The notes under the pieces are model-generated. The model saw only the letters and a program-made list of their open reading frames with translations. It did not search any database and was not told the origin of the DNA. The position numbers and the translations under genes were made by a program. Below, piece by piece: positions 35,402 through 37,105 of a stretch of DNA of 37,105 nucleotides (within the stretch, counting starts at the first letter, position 1; every line of letters starts with the position of its first letter). Source of the stretch: Candidatus Fervidifonticultor quintus (lineage in GTDB: Bacteria; Sysuimicrobiota; Sysuimicrobiia; Sysuimicrobiales; Humicultoraceae). The stretch spans positions 1 through 37,105 of the forward strand of contig JAVKIJ010000023.1 in NCBI GenBank assembly GCA_031459535.1. The letters run 5' to 3'.

Positions 35402-36432
35402 CCCGCCTGGATCATGATGCGCAGCGCCAGCGCGTGGTTGGCGCCGTAGACGGCAGCGTTGACGGCATCGGCCACAAACGACCGCAGCCCGAGCACCGTG
35501 GGATCCCGAGGGATGCCTGCCACCACCGGGTACTCGTAGTTGCCCCGCGCGAAGATGCGCTGGGCGTCGTCCGAGGCGAGGTACTCCAGGAACGCCAGCG
35601 CGGCCTCGCGATTGGGCGCGTGAACCAGAACCCCGGCGCCGCTGATGTTGATGTGGACGCCCCGCTCGCCCGGCCTCTGGTTTGGATAGAAGAGCGCCAC
35701 CTTCTGGGCGATGTCGCGCTCTTCGGGCTGCGCCGAGTTGAGCAGGCGCGCGTAGTAGTAGTGGTTGACGATAGCCACATCACCGCCTCCGGCGGCGACG
35801 GCCTTGATCTGATCGGTATCTCCGCCCTGGGGCGGACGGGCGAAGTTCGCCACGACCCCTCGCGCCCAGCGCTCAGCCGCGGCTTCACCATGCGCCGCGA
35901 TGAGCGCGCCGACCAGGGACTGGTTGTAGACGTGACTCGAACTGCGCGCGAGCAACCTCCCCCGCCACTTGGCATCCGTCAGGGCCTCGTACGTGGAGAG
36001 ATCTGTGGGTCCCACCCGTGCCCGGGAGTACGCGAGCACCCGCGCCCGAATCGAGAACCCGTACCAGTGACCGTTCGGTTCGCGCACGTTGGCCGGGATT
36101 CGGGCTTCCAGGGTGCGGGAGGTCACCCGCTGGAAGAGCCCGGCCTCCTGCGCGCGCCACAGGCGACCGGCATCGGTCGTCAGGAGGACATCGGCCGGGC
36201 TGTTCCGGCCCTCGGCCTTGATCCGCTCGATGAGCTGGTCGGCGTCACCCTCGACGAGGTGGACTTTGATGCCCGTCCTGCTCGCAAACCCGTCGTAGAG
36301 CAGTTCGTCGCTGTCATAGTGCCGAGCGGAGTAGAGATTCAGCACCCGCACAGGTCCGGCCCCACTCCGCGCCACCGGCACGGCCGCCACGAGCGCAACC
36401 ACTACGGCCAGGAAGCTGAAGCGGACGACCAC
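35392..36432 (-). CDS. Fe3+ ABC transporter substrate-binding protein (FutA/FbpA-like)
   Basis: LYSARHY, EGRNSPADV, GGDTDQIKA, NHYYYAR and NYEYP; GTG 36432 with GAAGGAGG RBS. Confidence 0.92.
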   Translation of the reverse strand: MVVRFSFLAVVVALVAAVPVARSGAGPVRVLNLYSARHYDSDELLYDGFASRTGIKVHLVEGDADQLIERIKAEGRNSPADVLLTTDAGRLWRAQEAGLFQRVTSRTLEARIPANVREPNGHWYGFSIRARVLAYSRARVGPTDLSTYEALTDAKWRGRLLARSSSHVYNQSLVGALIAAHGEAAAERWARGVVANFARPPQGGDTDQIKAVAAGGGDVAIVNHYYYARLLNSAQPEERDIAQKVALFYPNQRPGERGVHINISGAGVLVHAPNREAALAFLEYLASDDAQRIFARGNYEYPVVAGIPRDPTVLGLRSFVADAVNAAVYGANHALALRIMIQAGWR

Positions 36433-36479
36433 ACTGCGACCCTCCTTCCGATGTGTGCACCAGGCGAGGCGCCCACCCA

Positions 36480-36498
36480 CTGTCTTAGGCTATCCTAA
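36480..36498. promoter_or_regulatory. DtxR/IdeR-type iron box
   Basis: Minus strand TTAGGATAGCCTAAGACAG, 14/19 to consensus TTAGGTTAGCCTAACCTAA; weaker copy nearby at about 36503-36522. Confidence 0.7.
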
Positions 36499-36629
36499 TT
36501 CTTGACTTGAGGCAATCCAATTGCCAGAGGCCTGGGGAAGACCACACGCCCTCTGAGCGCCAGGTGGCCGCATCTGCCGGCCTGTTGCTGCGCGCCGCCG
36601 CCTATGCAACAATTACTGTTAGGTAGCAA

Positions 36630-37049
36630 ATGAGTCACCGGGGCGGAGCACTCGCGGAGCAGTTCCGACGGCACGGGATGCGCCTCACACCCCAGCGGGC
36701 GTTAATCTGCCGCATGCTGGAAGGTACCAGGGCGCACCCCTCGGCCGAGGTGCTGCACCGGCGGGCCTGCGAGGAGATGCCCACGCTGTCCCTGCGCACG
36801 GTGTACGCCATCCTCCGCGAGCTGGAGATGATCGGTGCGATCCGATCACTCGACCTCGGCACCGGCAGCACGCGCTACGACCCCAACCCGCAGCCGCACC
36901 AGCATGCGGTGTGCAGGCGCTGCGGCCGCGTCTGGGACCTGCACGCCCCGCCGGGCACCATCGCGTGGTCGGCGGCCGAGCAGCAGGGATTCCGAGTCAC
37001 GGGCGTGGATGTGATTCTGAGGGGTTACTGCCGGGAGTGCCGACGATGA
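36630..37049 (+). CDS. Fur family transcriptional regulator (PerR-like)
   Basis: RLTPQR, HPSAE, SLRTVY, RYD...HQHAVCRRCG, GYCREC. Confidence 0.93.
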   Translation: MSHRGGALAEQFRRHGMRLTPQRALICRMLEGTRAHPSAEVLHRRACEEMPTLSLRTVYAILRELEMIGAIRSLDLGTGSTRYDPNPQPHQHAVCRRCGRVWDLHAPPGTIAWSAAEQQGFRVTGVDVILRGYCRECRR

Positions 37050-37105
37050 GCGTCCACGACATCGCCAAGACCGAACGCACGGAGATGTACCTGAAGGCAG
37101 TCTAC
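37046..37105 (+). CDS. DtxR/IdeR/MntR family metal-dependent repressor, N-terminus (runs off window end)
   Basis: ATGA overlap with the Fur gene stop; MSVHDIAKTERTEMYLKAVY matches the DtxR-type TEMYL..IY start; only 20 codons visible. Confidence 0.7.
   Translation, partial: MSVHDIAKTERTEMYLKAVY

Noticed and set aside
1-37105. CRISPR arrays, IS elements, prophage, rRNA
   Set aside because: No spaced repeats, transposase, integrase, phage or rRNA signatures seen

Overview
High-GC bacterial chromosomal window, almost entirely encoded on the minus strand, from a diderm (LPS-making) organism with a Terrabacteria-like gene repertoire (inference). It has four parts. (1) 1-20639 is an outer-membrane biogenesis super-operon. 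In transcription order it encodes an exported biotinyl/lipoyl-fold protein, two SpoIVB/S55 peptidases, TamB, an alternative sigma-70 with a membrane partner, BamA, an unknown exported protein, three OmpH/Skp paralogues, lpxD, an unknown 597-aa protein, lpxC, lpxA, lpxI and lpxB (partial). (2) 20685-25296 holds glmU, prs, a wecA/tagO-like gene and wecB. (3) 25412-27211 holds an HD-GYP gene, tRNA-Gln(TTG) and a decayed tRNA-overlapping endonuclease-like ORF. (4) 27320-37105 is an iron/sulfur/redox locus. An Fe3+ ABC transporter preceded by a DtxR/IdeR-type box is followed by lipB, a C-terminally capped ubiquitin-like sulfur carrier, a ParB-fold SerK/SbnI-like putative serine kinase, a CysM-like PLP enzyme, a JAMM protease, Rrf2, a SigR/SigH-like ECF sigma with a ZAS anti-sigma, and ridA; Fur- and DtxR-family regulators are divergent. 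The best candidate for an undescribed system is a self-contained serine -> O-phosphoserine -> cysteine module using a sulfur carrier protein, with two GGAAT-N18-GTT promoter motifs linking it to the adjacent ECF sigma. All calls come from motif recognition by eye; no searches were run.
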